DNA of 30,882 nt, filler included, from an uncultured virus (IMG/VR IMGVR_UViG_2061766007_000739) (taxonomy: Duplodnaviria; Heunggongvirae; Uroviricota; Caudoviricetes). It is 4 parts of one record of this genome, joined end to end, with 100 filler letters (N's around TTAATTAATTAA, not from the genome) between each part and the next. Parts side by side here need not be neighbours in the genome. Positions count along the whole stretch, not along the records: positions 28,641 to 30,882 come from IMGVR_UViG_2061766007_000739; 3 more parts are not named here. One strand, given 5' to 3'. Each line of letters opens with the position of its first letter. The stretch's first letter is position 1. The notes under the pieces are model-generated. The model saw only the letters and a list, made by a program, of their open reading frames with translations. It had not been told where the DNA came from and did not search any database. Shown here piece after piece: positions 29,307 to 30,882 of the stretch. The position numbers were made by a program, and so were the translations under genes.

Positions 29307-30882
29307 CAGATTACCGTGCCCCTATTCTTGAAAGGAAGCTTTATGTATTCAGAACGTCCAGTCGGCAGAACACAGCACAGAATCAGCGTGTAGTGGTTCA
29401 GNNNNNNNNNNGATGTATTCCGAACGTCCAGTCGGCAGAACACAGCACAGAATCAGCGTGTAGTGATTCAGACTGTTATCGAACTCACACATACTCTGGT
29501 CGCCGTCAATGTAGACTCTAGGCTCATAGATGTTCACCTTGCGGATACATTCTTGCAGCAAGGAGATTCCTTCATCGACAGAACCAAGCTTGAACAGTTT
29601 CTGCTCGATTCCAGTTCCGAAGTCTTGACTGAACAAGCGTTCGCCCGGATTTGTCAGAAGAATCATGTACACGTTCTGNNNNNNNNNNTTTCTGCTCGAT
29701 ACCAGTTCCGAAGTCTTGGCTGAACAAGCGTTCGCCCGGNNNNNNNNNNNNNNNNNATAGACTCTAGGCTCATATATGTTAACCTTGCGGATGCATTCTT
29801 GCAGCAAGGAGATGCCTTCTTCGACGGAGCCAAGCTTGAACAGCTTCTGCTCGATACCAGTTCCNNNNNNNNNNGTAGACTCTCGGTTCATAGATATTCA
29901 CCTTGCGGATGCATTCTTGCAGCAAGGAAATACCTTCTTCGACGGAGCCAAGCTTGAACAGCTTCTGCTCGATACCAGTTCCGAAGTCTTGGCTGAACAA
30001 GCGTTCGCCCGGATTTGTCAGAAGAATCATGTACACGTTCTGAATAAGGCTGGTCTCGTCAGTAACTTCCGTCATGTCGACAAAGCCCATATCACGGTTG
30101 TACAACGCCGTCGAATTGACCTTGTGCGGATCAATCACACCGGGTTTGAGTTTCTTAGCTAACGCAACATTACGATTAACCTTGCTAGTGTCTACATAGA
30201 CATTAGCATCATCTGTCAGTCGGTCACCGTCTTTCTGCTTGACATAGACCGCAACCGATCCAGATACGTTATCAGGAACCACTATATCCAAATATGTAGC
30301 ATCGCCATTTTCAATAGGAACTGGATTGTCATCAATATCAACTTCCAAATTGAATATCGAATTACCGAACGTATTGACGGTTGAATCTACTGGAGTTATG
30401 CGAAGAATCTGACCGGGTTCAACCGTATCAGACGACAGTTCGATTTCAAATGGTTCTGGATGAGCACCAGACGAACCACCAGTCAAACAAATTCTCGGCA
30501 TAACATCGACATTATCACCACTCGTCGACACAAACGAAACGGACTGATCCCCTTCGCCAATAATGCGTATAGCGATCGACGGCGTATATGTGCCATCGCC
30601 AGAAAGCCATTCAGTCAAAACACTTGACGAGATTGGAATAGTAACCGTACAATCGTAATCATCCGTCTCCGGATCACGTATACCAATTGCAGCTGTATTA
30701 TAGTCACCCAATGTCGGATTCTTGAGAGTCTTTGTTCCAATAGGAATACCACTGACACACTGCATCACTTGCTGATACGTCATCGCCGGACTCCATGCGG
30801 ACGTATTCATCTGATAGACAATAATGGTCGACTCACTATAATTCATTCCAGTAACATGCAGCGACAGATCAGCCGATGCCGT
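29306..30882 (-). CDS. gp25: Baseplate gp25-domain protein with long N-terminal extension (5' truncated, C-terminus repeated as several alleles)
   Basis: SLIQNVYMILLTNPGERLFSQDFGTGI...NIYEPRV is the GPW/gp25 signature. The frame is open to the window end and finishes EYIKLPFKNRGTVI*. Confidence 0.85.

Noticed and set aside
29349..30040. Tandem repeats or DGR-like template/variable repeats in gp25 and other genes
   Set aside because: Every copy is bounded by N gaps, differences are mostly synonymous and not adenine-specific, and no reverse transcriptase is seen.
1..30882. Stop-codon reassignment
   Set aside because: Recognisable genes end at TAA, TAG and TGA at expected positions; fragmentation is explained by gaps.
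1..30882. CRISPR array, tRNA or rRNA genes; host assignment
   Set aside because: No repeat-spacer periodicity or cloverleaf was seen, and composition alone cannot support a host call.

Overview
Fragment of a large, divergent T4-like (myovirus) phage genome. It is a metagenomic scaffold: four pieces are joined by artificial 100-bp N/TTAATTAATTAA/N linkers (673-772, 10980-11079, 28541-28640), and many 10-N gaps are flanked by near-duplicate strain variants, so most genes appear broken or repeated in the ORF track. Recognisable genes, nearly all on the minus strand, are UvsY-like mediator, tail tube, a large tail sheath, clamp loader (gp44, probable gp62), family B DNA polymerase (gp43, both ends), gp45 clamp, primase gp61, SSB gp32, helicase gp41, UvsX and a gp25-domain baseplate protein. 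There are also several acidic hypothetical proteins and a solo TnpB. Most notable: (1) a divergent three-domain DnaN/beta-clamp-like protein in a phage that also has gp45; (2) a multi-HTH plus degenerate glycosyltransferase-fold protein coupled to primase; (3) gp25 fused to DNRLRE-like and IPT/TIG-like domains; (4) two recurrent promoter motifs, ATAAACT (probably late) and a TTG-N17-TAYAT class with a palindromic operator before replication genes; (5) a second, strain-specific IS200/IS605-like structured right end whose putative guide resembles the empty allele. All protein calls come from motif recognition by eye, not from database searches.
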